Assembly: GCA_046563655.1 (NCBI GenBank)
Contig: CM102283.1
Coordinates: 2,418,001-2,482,000 of the forward strand
Length of the DNA: 64,000 nt
Origin: Yuukianura sp. NJ FZ-2021
Taxonomy: Eukaryota
Direction of reading: 5' to 3'
Position numbers and translations under genes: made by a program. The notes beneath the pieces are model-generated. The model ran no database searches. It worked only from the letters and a program-made list of their open reading frames with translations, and was not told the DNA's origin. Positions 1-12,500 of this stretch are shown one piece after another (positions within the stretch are counted from its first letter, which is position 1; each line of letters begins with the position of its first letter).

Positions 1-543
1 ATGGAATTGTTAGGTGAGCCCTTGGGTTGACCTGCTGCGTACTTGGAATTGCTGAGGACGGTTGGGTTTGGACTGGACCCTTGATGATGCTGGTGGGAGT
101 AGCTATGTGGATGCTGGTGCTGATGCTGGAAGTACTGCTGCTGGGAGTTGTTGAGCTGCTGCAACTGTTGCTGGTGGTAGGCATGTAGATGCTGGAGAGG
201 AATGCCACAGTATTGGTTTCCATTTGGGGCTAACGGAAGACGACTAGAAGTGAGTAGTGACGAAGGGTCGGTTGAAGGAGGGCCCTTTGAGCTTTGGATC
301 TGTGACTGTGCGGAATGACTTGAGTGATGATGGAGTTGTGGACTCCACTGGGGATGATGCCCGTTAGGGTAGTGCTTCAAATGCTCTGGACATTCAAGGG
401 CGTCTGAGTTGTCTCCGAGGTCAGGACAGGGTGACCTTGACAGTTCTCCTGAATGGATTGAGTCTTCTTCCTCATCTCCAACCAAAATCTCTTCTTCGTG
501 AGCATCTTCACCGCCATTCTCCAAGTCAACACATATCGTGTAG
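1..543 (-). CDS. IQSEC1: IQSEC exon, His/Gln/Ser-rich low-complexity region ([13 protein letters not shown]...)
   Basis: Frame open to the window edge; AG acceptor at 545-544 preceded by a T-rich tract; phase 2 matches the donor at 3970. Confidence 0.8.
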
Positions 544-3500
544 CTGAAAAAAATCAAAAATGACAAAAATGAAAAAACAAAAATCACAATTTTTGAAAAA
601 ACCAAAGTGAATTAACTTAAGCATCCTTCCGCTAAAAATCTCTGCCAAAAACTAAAAACTTGTCCTTTGGGACTAAAAACTAAAAACATGTCACATGACA
701 TTTGATAGGTACTGTACAACAAATTTTTAACATAAGTAGTTGGCTCTAACTATGTTTCCTTAACAGACAGCGCCAAGGTTTAAAAATGCAATATGTTTGG
801 ACACCGTAAGGTATTATTGACGTCACAAAAATAAACCCCGGGGATTGGGATACGCTTCACTCCGAAACCTCGGTTCTCAACTTTTTCCCATTCATTTTTC
901 AAGGACGATGGACAGGAAAAAGCACTTTGGAGTCCTTTCACCGGGAGTTACTACTCCAACTCTTTTAAGAACGTGCCTGAGAAAGCGCACTTTTTATTAA
1001 ACGTACGCTTACTGATCACCATCTCCAGTCACGAACTGACCAAAATAGTTTGGCCCTCACACAATTCCATTTCCTACGTTAACCTAACCTAAAAAAGTCT
1101 CACATCCTAGTTGGCTGGACAAACAAAACGGTTCTCATTCCGCCCCAACAGCCATCACGTTCAAGGAAAAACTATGAAAATTGAAAAGAAAACTCCTTGA
1201 AAACCAAAAACGTTCGTTTTTTAAAAATTCGTGCCGGAAAAGTCTGCTGTGGGTTCGAATCCTGGCTTCCTCGACTGTCTTATATAAAAATAAAGTGGAT
1301 CGACCACTTTCTCCAATTAATTTCAGTTTGCACTACCAAAAGACTGCGCCTGCGCTGGTCAGCCTGCAACCTGCAGGCTACCACACGGTGTCTAATGGGG
1401 GGCTTTACTGCAAAAGTGTATCAAAACATTTTATAGACAATAAGAATAGTATGCTTCATTTCCTTATTGCACTAATGAGTGCAAATGTTGAGTTTTGCAA
1501 CACTTTTTGTGTAAAAGCCCCGAGCGCTTGCCCCCATCTTTTTGTGTAAGAGGTAATGGGCGAGAACATTATGACCTTGGTGGACAAGTAACGTTAGCAG
1601 TACCAGTGTGAACTTAGGAATTGGACTTCATGGAACTTGGTGGTTTTGACTTTTGAGTCATCAGTTTATACAATGCAAGGAATCAAGTGTGTCGTGGTAG
1701 GTGATGGGTAAGTAATATTAGAAAAACACAAGTTAAAAAAATCAAGTTAACCGTGTGTAAGATTGTTTCCATTTTTCAATAGGAATGTTGGTAAAACATG
1801 TCTCGTCATTACGTACAAATGCAATTACTTTCCAACAGAATGTGTACCGACAGTTTTCGACAATTGCTCGACCAATGTCACGGTGAATGGAAAAGAAATT
1901 GATCTTGAACTTTGCGATGCGGCTGGTCAAGAAGAATTTGGCAGATTTCGACCTCTGTTCTATCCACAGACAGACGTTTTTCTCATTTGCTTTAGTTTAG
2001 TTTGTCCAGATAGCTTCGAAAACGTTCGAGCGAAGGTAAGCTTATTCTGAAGGCATGAAGTGATCAGTTCATAATTGATTAAGACTTGATTTTCTTGTAG
2101 TGGTATCCTGAACTTCGTCATCATTGCCCAAACACACCTACGATTTTGGTAGGAACCAAGCTAGATTTACGTGATGACGAACGTACGTTGTTGATATTAA
2201 AGAAGAAGAAATTAAATCCCATTTCCTATCAACAGGTACGATGGAGGAGATTCAAAGTTTGATAATTCTTACAACGAATTTTTGTAATTATTAAAATTCG
2301 GTTTCCAAAATTTTAATTTCATTTAGGGTTTATCGATGGCCAAGGAAATCGGAGCCGTTAAGTATTTAGAATGCTCAGCATTGACTCAGAAAGGCTTCAA
2401 GAAAGTTTTTGATGAAGCGATCAAGGCCGTTCTCTATCCGAAGATTCGAAAGAGCAAGAAATCGGGTTGCACAATTCATTGATATGAAATTCAAACAATG
2501 GATTTAAAATGACGCTTTTCCTAATATTTCGAATTACTTATTACGAATTACTCTAAATTCGTATCGAAATATCCGCAAAACCCTCTTAAAAATTGAAAAT
2601 AAAACTTCTTAAGAAAAGAAGAAAAAGAATCCCATTTTTTGAAAATTCGTGCTGGAAAAGTTTCCACTGGCTCGAATCCTAGCTTCCGCGTGTCTACTAT
2701 ATAAAAATAAAGTGGATCGACCACTTTCTCCAATTACTTTCAGTTTGCAGTACGAAAAGACTTCTTCCTGTTCCTGATTGGTTGAAACGAGGTCGGAAAA
2801 AGCATCTGTAGGAGTTCACATCCATTGTCTTCCTGTTCGACCACCAAAAACCTAACATTTCTTCATTCTTCTAACTTTTGCTTTTTTGGAAAGTTAAGTT
2901 CTTCCCGGAAGAATCAGAGCCCAGTGTTATCAAATTCCTGTCTGTCCAGGAAAGTTGACCTCTTCACAAAAGTTGACCTCACGAGGTGTCAAATGCTTTC
3001 CCCTGAGTCATCTTCTCCAAGTTAAGTTAGTTTAGGTCCCTTTGTTACCTTATCGTGTCTCTCCAGGCACTTCCCATTTATCATCTTACGCTGATTCACT
3101 ACTACAACCACCGAACAAGGAACAGGGAAAATTCAAACTTAATCTCTTTCTTGTTTTTTTCGCGGGAGTTCCCATGAGTTTTAGGAGTGAGTTACGCGGG
3201 TATTTTGCTAGCTAAGTCTTGGCTCAAGTTAGTGTAGGCTCAAGTTTACGTCAACCTAACCGACTATGACTAAAAATGGAAATCGGAAATCCACATCTAT
3301 TACCTGGAGCGCTGCTTTCACTTTCAAATTCTCACCACAAACTCTGAATGAATTTGAAAAAAAAATGCATACTTTCCAAAAGCCTTGATTGTAATAATAC
3401 ATGTAATTTTTATCGATAACCTAATAACTCGTCTCTTTTTTCAAAAATCGTGCAATGTTCTAAAAAAAATAAGTAGCTAAAAAAAATCATCAAATATGGC

Positions 3501-6500
3501 AACCTCAGCTTGTATACATTTTCCGGAAAAGCTGAATCCAAACTCAGTCTTTTGCCAAAAAACTGCTGCCCTAAATTCCCAAAATTGATCCCACGATCCG
3601 AATTACTCCGTGAATAGAAATGTGCCTTATCTGCGCGTTCGAATCGCAGTAGCAGCAAAAGTAAAAGCAAAAAAGAGCAACAAAATAAAAATGGTTCCAA
3701 AGGAAATTGCTACTGTCCCTGATGTCCTTTCAGTCCCTGAACTGGGTATCTTGTGTCCAAACCATTACAAAAGGAAAGAAAAAAAAATACTAAAAACGAA
3801 TCCTTGGCACTGGAAAAACTTTTCTTTTGTCCTGTCACTACCCAAGCTCGAAGTTTTCTTACATCGAGATCTTTTCGACTCTATTTTGAACTTTCTGTTA
3901 TACAAAACATTTGAAAACGTAGACAGTAGACATAAAAACATAGTAGATTCATAAAAAAGACTATTCTTACCCATTGGGTGCTCCACCTCCACCGGGAGTC
4001 GTTGGTCCTCCAGTGCTATTGATTCTTCGAGAGAGACGTCGCTCTGTCTTGATCCGCTGGAACTCCTTTACCATACTGTACCTACAAGAATACAAAAATT
4101 CACACCATTATTCCATCGGATCCACTTAATCCACTGCATTCCATTTCCAATCCACTTAATCCACAACATCCACTTTCCATTATCTTCTAAAAAACCGAAA
4201 AAAAAAGTCCTACAAAAGAACTGCACTAGAAAATCCGAAAAGATGCGGTTCAACAGAATCCAAGATGAGTTCCAACAAGAGACTGCCTAAAAAAATCCGA
4301 AAAAAAAAGTTGTTCGGCCGGAGGCTGTTCACAAAAACCCGAAAAAGTTGTAAGCAAAGGCTGTTCACCCGATCTTTCTAGTTTTTGCCAACCAAAATGA
4401 CAGTTTGGCAATCGTAAGTTTAGCCTAATCACAGAACTTGTCACTTGGATGTTTTCTAAAACTGTCTTCTTTTCTCAAGAATCGAGATTAGCTGCTCCAC
4501 TTCCAAAGACACTTGACACTCCAACAAATTACTTTTAGTACTTTTTAGAATTACAAAATGTTTATGAGCATCATCAAAATTTATTTTCTTAACCCCATCT
4601 TAAGAACTAAAGACATTTGAAATGTAAACGTAATCTATGTGTATGTAACCACTTCCTGCGTCTAGAACACTAACCCTAACAACGGACAAGTTAACCCTGT
4701 GACCCCGTACCACCAAAACCCCATTTTCCAGTGAAGTCTTCATGACGCATCTAGTATCTCCGCATCTATCATCACTTTAGTCAACGACAGAAGCATTTCA
4801 GAAAAAACGTAGGACATTTCCAGTGTTTATCACAAAGTCGTAGTTTCTCACGAGGAGATCGCTGACGTTCTTGTTTCGCCTGGTAACCAACTTAACCGTC
4901 AAACTGAGATTGCCTTTCTAACGTCAAAATCTCCATAAAATATTTTTCTCAACATAAAATTTCAACATCATTTTTTAAAGATACGTATTTAAAATAATTA
5001 TTGTGATTGTTTGTTCCTAAACCACGCACACGTTAGATGATGGTGACGCAGATTCAATTTCTCAGAAAAACAGAATCAAGTCAAATTCAAAATTTCGTCA
5101 AAATAAATTAACTTCAACTTAATTTTTTTCTCCAGTTTAACTTCCCTAACAAACTAAAGTTTTTCACAATGCATTCGCGCCACCCTAACAATTTTCACAA
5201 AACCTAGTGGATTTACCCTAACTTTTTCGCCTAACCACTTCGATTCACCCTAACTTCTTCCTAGCATTTGACTCACCCTAACATTTTTTGGCCTTAGGCA
5301 TAGCCTTTACTCTTTTAATTAGAATTGTAATTGATTGCACACCTTGGAGCTGTGAGTGAAGTCATCTGTTGATCTAGATCTTCTGCTACAATGAGCAAAA
5401 CAATGAGCTCATTGTTTAGTATAGGAAGACTCAAGAGAAAAAATACTGAAAAAGAAGTTCTTGCTCAACGAGATCATCAACAAAACACATCAATTCTTGT
5501 GCTGTCTTCCTCCTCAGTGCTCTAACAACCCAGTAATCAAAAGATCATCTCTTCAACCTTAGCCCATTGGAATTCCAAATCACAAAAACAAAGGAAAAGA
5601 TGAGGCTACCATCTCAAAGTCAACCTCTCATGCATGCGGAAATGATTTTTTTTTTGAAATAGGTAGAATTCCTGGAGTTTGTTCAGAATCTTTAACGATT
5701 CTTTGGAATCACATAAATTTCAAATGAGATTTTTGGCACTCTTGAGTGTAGTAAAGTTGTTGCATCGCATGTGCCTCTCTTTATTGCGAAGAGACAACCT
5801 TGAATGTGAACATTAGCACACTCTGATGTGCACATTTGCACATTCTGAGCACATCACAGGACGATTATTGGTTTGGCCCTCATCTGCGTAGCAAAAAAGA
5901 TGGATCAGTTGCCTGACAATGATCCTCCATAGAGCACATACTTCTATTTTACATATAATATATTATATAGTATATATATTTATACACTTTAAGAAAATGG
6001 GTGCGGAGCAACGTACAAACACCTTAAGGAAAACGGAGTAGTATAATGCATAATAGAAGTGACTGGTAAAAAAAAAGAGCATTTGATGATCGTCTGCTCT
6101 TTACAAATGGATTTTGTTACACAGTTTCAATTTTTAGAAAAACAAAAAAAAATCTGCGAATTTTACCCTAAAACTGTTTTCGAACACAGGAATTAGCAAA
6201 GTACTTGTTGTATAAACACGTTTTTGTAAAAAAAAAAATTGCAGTTGTACTATAACTCAAAAAAAAGATGGAAGAAGCACTTTTTTGAAAAAAAAAAAAA
6301 CAAGAAGATTTTTTGAAAACCTTTGTCGAAGGTGAGATTCTGTAACTGTACTTTTTTTTAAGAGACTCATCAAGGTACGGGTTAATTACACTGAACTTTT
6401 GAGAAATCTTGATTCACGTCCTCAATCAAAAACCCCATTCTAATGACCATTAAGTTCCAATTGAAAGCAATTAAATCTTCTAAATTTTGAAAAAGTTTAA

Positions 6501-9500
6501 TCAACCTTCAAAAAGTTAAAACACAAATTAAAACTCAATTACAGGTAAGAGACCTAAAAATCTGTAAATTTTTTAGGCTCTCACAACCTTCCGCAGGAGT
6601 TCTAGTGAAAGTAATTACAAAACTTTTTCCTCATACTTTTTCTTCAACTTTTTTCATTTTTCCTAAAACTGAAAATGAGTAACTCAGAAACTAAAGTTAA
6701 AACAAACTTAAAAATGGAAATATTGTTAACTTGCCCAATCCTTGGAAAGATCATATCCTTCTAAAAAATTTCCAAAATTTTGAATAAAAAAACTAATTGA
6801 AAAACTTTCACTTTTCCATTCGTCACTTTTCCTCCAAAGTTTAAAGTTTCTCCAATCACTTTCACTTAAAATCCTCTTTTTAGTTCACTATTTCACGTAT
6901 AACTATTATGTTAAAATTTCAAAAACTAATGTTTAAAAACACTTTCAAAACTTGTTACAAATGTAAATTCTGTTTTCACGTGCACTAAAAACAGAAAATT
7001 TTCAATTTCAAATTCAGTAGTACTTCTGCAATCCAATTTGCAAACTTTTGCTCCAATTGTGCCTAGTTCTAGTTACTGTCGCTAACCTTCGTGACTGCTG
7101 CCCTTGATCCTATAATGCTTCTGAGCACAACTTTCACACGACGAATTGAAATTAGCACTTGTGCAAAAACCTTTTTGCAAAAACAACTCTTGTGCAAAAC
7201 CGTACGTGCGAAAACTTATTAAAACAGAGAGGAGTTGGAGAATGGAGAGCTCTACTGGAACCTTCCGCGTTCCAAATACGAGTGACACGCCGTTTGAGCA
7301 GCGCTTAACACCAAACTCGGACAAAATTTTTACAAACTTTGCAACTGTGCATAATTTTTCCGTACTTTCGCGAAAACAAAACAGAAAACTTTTGCAAAAA
7401 ATGACGCATGGAATTTAATACTCTCGAGACCTTAAAAACTTAACACGTTTCCGCCACTCCACAAGCACGCCTTCACCTTTTCAAAAAAAAAATTCTTTGT
7501 ATTTTGGCAAATATTTTATGCAAACAGTTTTTTTTACAAAAATTTTTGCCAACTATGGAAAACCCGCAAATTTTGTAACACAACAACTGCTGGCCTCAAA
7601 AACATTTAAAAAAAACATACCTGACACAATTTCCACTTTTGAGAACAAAATCTGTCACAAAAAAACTAAAAATTTCAAACTTGTCACCATTTCAAAATAA
7701 AAAGTTTTGCGTCAAACTATTTAAATCTCAATCACTTTGGTATTGAAATCCTCTTTCGCAAGAAACGTGATCTCAAAATTTATGGTCTTTTCTTATGTGT
7801 GCTCATTTAGCACATTACTGATTTTAACGACAATTTTGATCTGGTTTTCATTGCTAATACTAACTGCTTGACGATCAATCGATCAAATCCTTCCACTTCA
7901 ATTATTGCCTAACCTTAATACCGGCAACTTCAAAAGCAGGAAACAACAAAGCAACGACATTTCTAATTTCATCAATAAAACAATACAATTCCACTTTATG
8001 ACTCATCTAGCCAGACCAATTTCTAAAAAACACAAATTTTAAAAATAGATTTTCCCGTTCAACCACAAACTTTTTGAAAACAACTTTGTTTGAAAACAAC
8101 CAATTTTGTTTTGCTTATAGATTTACAAGAAATCGAAATGTTTGAAGGAACCCTTTCCATTTTATGTAAATTTTTTGTTGAAGAGGTCAGTGATACTTGA
8201 GAGTTCATTTGCTTAAACATAAGAGGTCAACAACACGGAATTAGAAAATTGAGAGTCATTGAATAGAAGTTACCTTCTATAGGCTCTCTGGATGACAAGC
8301 GCAGCGTCACGAGCTGGTGGTCCTCCATACCGTCGTTCCAGAACTCCAGTCTCTCCAGTCTCCTAGTAAATTTCAAAATGACATTTTCAATTAAGTTTGC
8401 ACCGGAAATGTCACTTGACGTGACCTCCCAGACACTATTGTTTCCCTCCAACGGCGCCAACTCCAAACGCAATCAAAATTTGAAACTCCCGCTCTCAACT
8501 AACTCTACAAATAAGCTACTTGATGAAGACCTTCTAGTAAATTACTTCCGCTCAAGCACCAATCAAAAACAGTTTCAAAATGTCAATAAAACGAACACTT
8601 TTACCCGCCAGCCCGTCCGTTTCAACTTCATCCTAACAATAGAAATCAAAAGCTTGATGACAATTTTATAAATAAAGTTAATATTATTAATATTATAGTT
8701 TGTCTATTTTTAGAAGGCGGTTTTCAAATTTGAAAAAATTTCAGTCGCCTTATGGACCGTTAACATAGAAATTATCAATTTTGTGAAATTTTGTATACAA
8801 ACCTAATGGAGAAAGTGTTTTTCAAAAACTGAGTTTTGCCATAAGCGTCGCAATGGAAGCGAAAAAATCAACGAAACAAACCCGCCTTCTTAAAATAGAC
8901 AAACTATAATCTAAAAATCATACACCAAAGATTTTTGTTGATTTACGTTCTAAACAATTTTCAAAACAAAAGTTTTAAAAGCTACAAGAAAACAACTTAA
9001 TGAAAGCGGCGAAACGAAATGTTTTACTAACGAGACAGAAAACAATCGTTACCAAAAATAAAAACTCATTGCAAGTTGATTGTTATTCTAAAATTTAGAA
9101 AATTGTTTTCGAAAATTTAAATCCCAGATTAGCCGTTAACAAGGAAGTTGTAATTTTGAACAACCTTTGACCTTGTTTTGGTAAATTTAAATTACCGGTT
9201 TAAATATTCATGACGCAATTAAAGTACGGTCTCAACTCTTTACAACGTAAATTTAAAACTGGAGCAATCAGCATATAACAGGCTCGTAGCAGCTCAATTT
9301 CGCAATTTTTTTTTCACAATGTCCAGACTTCGAGAACGGAAATCCTTTGCGTCAGTAAACTCCCACAGCATCCAGCACTTTCCATACGAAGGAGGTTATG
9401 AAACAAACAAAGGCTCACGTAAGCACAGTGCCAGATTCAATTAAAAATTTGCAAACTTCACCAAATTCACTTACGATTTTGTTTAGTTCTCAAATCATTA

Positions 9501-12500
9501 CGCTCAACTCGTTTTACGTTGAACAGAAAATTTTGCACACGATTGAATTACTCCCAAGCTCATTTTACAACTAAAATGTATCCTGAATCATATAATTTGA
9601 AACCCTTCTCAATTCAAACCGACGACGTCAGAAAGTGCCTTTGCTAGAAACACATTTTCAAAAAACTCATATTTCATAATTTTCATTTCAAACCAAGAAC
9701 TGAAAATGAAATTCAAAACTTCGTTTTGACACATAATAAGACTATAAGTTAAATTGAAACTTAATACCGAGACACACAACTGGATGTTTTACCAAATTTG
9801 CATACAAAAACTCATTTTTGCCAACTCAATTTTCAATTGTGCTTTTGAATTAAATTGTAAAACTAACCAAAACTTAACTCCGAGCGTCAATAAATTTGCG
9901 TCATCAAAAGCTTTTCAAAATTTCCACTCCCACTGTCTTGCTAGCTGATTTCTAAACGAATCGAACTTTGTTGAACTTCGAAACACGTGAAAACTTCAAA
10001 CTTTAAATGAAATTCGCAATTTTATCTGCATTTGCAAATACTGCTTACAGCTCAATTTAACTCCCCCTAAACAGAACCTCAAATTATAAAATTTTAAACT
10101 TACTAAAATTTTGAGAATTGCAATGTGCAAATTTTGAAATTGCAAGTATTGCTTGAACAGCGTTTCCCAGAGATCCTGGAGCAGTTGCACCAAGTAAGCC
10201 AGCCTATTTTTTATTTTAAATTGTTGCGACATCGTTTCCACCCAATTTACAACTGACCTTTAACTGTGCAAAAATTTTGCAACTTTTTTGAGCACAATCC
10301 CACATCTCCAAGCCCCACCTAATTACAGAATCAGGTACCTTGCAAACTGGATTTCCATAACCTTCATCTCCCCTGCGGACAAGGAACATCTCCAATTAAA
10401 AAGTTTCCCAACTGACAAAAACTCACTGGAGAACAATAGAATAACCAAAACCAACATCCAGCTACGCAAAATTTCAAGTTGCAAAAAACCTCGACAAAAC
10501 TCGTTTTGAAAGTCATATCCTACATAGCATCAGCCAAAAAGTTTTTTCGCCAATCCAGTTTGGAAATTTGCAAACAGTTCCGTTTACGGCACACGTGAAA
10601 ACCTACGTCCATTTTTGACTCATCGCATGTCCAAAGTCAAAAAATACAAAATTTTCCACAAAAATCTGGAATCTCGTTTGCTAAATTTTGGACAACTTTT
10701 TTTTTCACTTAGCGTGAAAAATAGTTTAAAAAATTTCTTCCAAAAGCCTCCAGGGCTTGTCGCACGACACAGATTTTCTAATTAATTTTTGAGAATAGTG
10801 CAAAATTGATTTCCAATTAATTTTTGCGAACAGCAAAATTTGCGAATTACATTTTGCAATCATGCGTCTCAAAAAGCATCGATTGGAAATTGCAATTTCT
10901 TACGGCCTACAAATGCAACAAAACACTTAAAAGTCTTTTCAATTTTACTTTTGTTCTGCTCGTCCCCTTTCAAATCACACTTCAAAAATGTGGGCCACCT
11001 TCAAACAATTGTTTTCAAGAAATAAAAAGTTTAGCTTTTAAACGCCTTAGCTTTTCAATTGTTATAAAAACGCATGTAAAAATCTTTTAACTCAATTTTT
11101 TGCTTTATCAAAAACAATACCTTGAAACTTAATAGGATTTCTCCACTCACTAGTAACTTGCATGATTCAAAGTTCTCCAAAACCCTCAAAAGTCATCCAA
11201 TCATTTTTTTATTTCCTGAAATTTAAAACCTGCTATTTTTCCTTCGATCAAAACAATTATTTCAGAAGCACAACTTACCAAACTGCCAATTAAACTTAAA
11301 TTGCTGTTTATTTGCCAAAGTCCATACAAGGAGAACAAGATTTTTTTTCCAAATCTGAAAAATCAACTTTTTGGAAATACCGAAATCTATTCCCGAAATT
11401 TCCATATCCAAAATTTACCAGTTTTCGTTATCACTCCTATTCGGTTATTAACCATAATTCGAAACAAAATAAAACACAAAAAAAAAATCGAAACACAAAA
11501 CAAAAACTTTGTTTTCAAACTTTCAAAAAGTACAAAACTTTCATAATCACAAACCCTTCAACATTCGTTTTACCTTGGCCTTTCTTTTAACCTGTCACTG
11601 ACCTTGACCTGCCAAAACAGTCCACAAACAACAACTTCTTATCAGTACAACAAAACTGTCAACAGCAAAACCGTCATCAAATAAAATATACACATAACTT
11701 GCACGGCAACTTTAACTTTATGGCTTCATTTTGATTCTTTTTCAGTTTAGACAACTGCACCAAAGCTAAACGTTAACAGAAACCAAATCAGAAACATTTT
11801 GTTATGCACCTTTATAAATTATTGCACCTTGTTTTTAATTAACATAAAAATCATAAAAAGGCGCAACTTTTAGCATTGGGCAAAAGGAGTGGCAAAAAAA
11901 GAGAAACTAAAGCCAAAAGCTAAAAAGTTGTGACATGCGCCTTTCCTGTGCCAAAATCCCAAACACTGTCAACAAACCGCGAGGTGTCCAACCTATCCTA
12001 ACCTAACTTTAGGCTAATCCAAAGTCTATTTAAAGCCTAATGAACCTTCATGCTTCATTTGCACGTACTTCCTCTAGGTGTTAATCAGCCACGATAGGGC
12101 CAATTACCACTTATAGGGCTCCACTGCACCACTTTTGGGCGGCAGAGCAGGGCAAGGGCATCGAGGTGCAAACTTTTTAAAATTGCGCAAACGCGGCCTA
12201 AATTTCTAAAAAGTTGTTTGTTTACCTTGTTGACATAAAAGAGACACTGACGACGGTGGTGCGGGTGATGCTGATGGCTTGTGGTATGTGCTGGAAGTGT
12301 GGCGTAGGCAGCAGAAGAACTACTGTGCATCCACGCCACTGCACTTGTGGTAGGTCCTTTCACGTACAGCACCATAACAGCCTAGCCTAACTAACCTAAC
12401 TGACAATAACCTAACTTGAATCGTAACTCAGGGCCTCAGGTTGTTCGGCCTTCACACCCTTTTCACAATTAATCACTGTTCCCTAGCAACCTTTGACCTC

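Noticed and set aside
5391-5525. Short ATG-initiated plus-strand ORF in a compositionally distinct patch
   Set aside because: About 44 codons, no motif and no supporting splice structure.
8227-8472. ORF-track frame [15 protein letters not shown] and a possible frameshift in the IQ exon
   Set aside because: The IQ-encoding frame is open from the acceptor in phase 0 and matches two upstream phase-0 donors, so no frameshift is needed.
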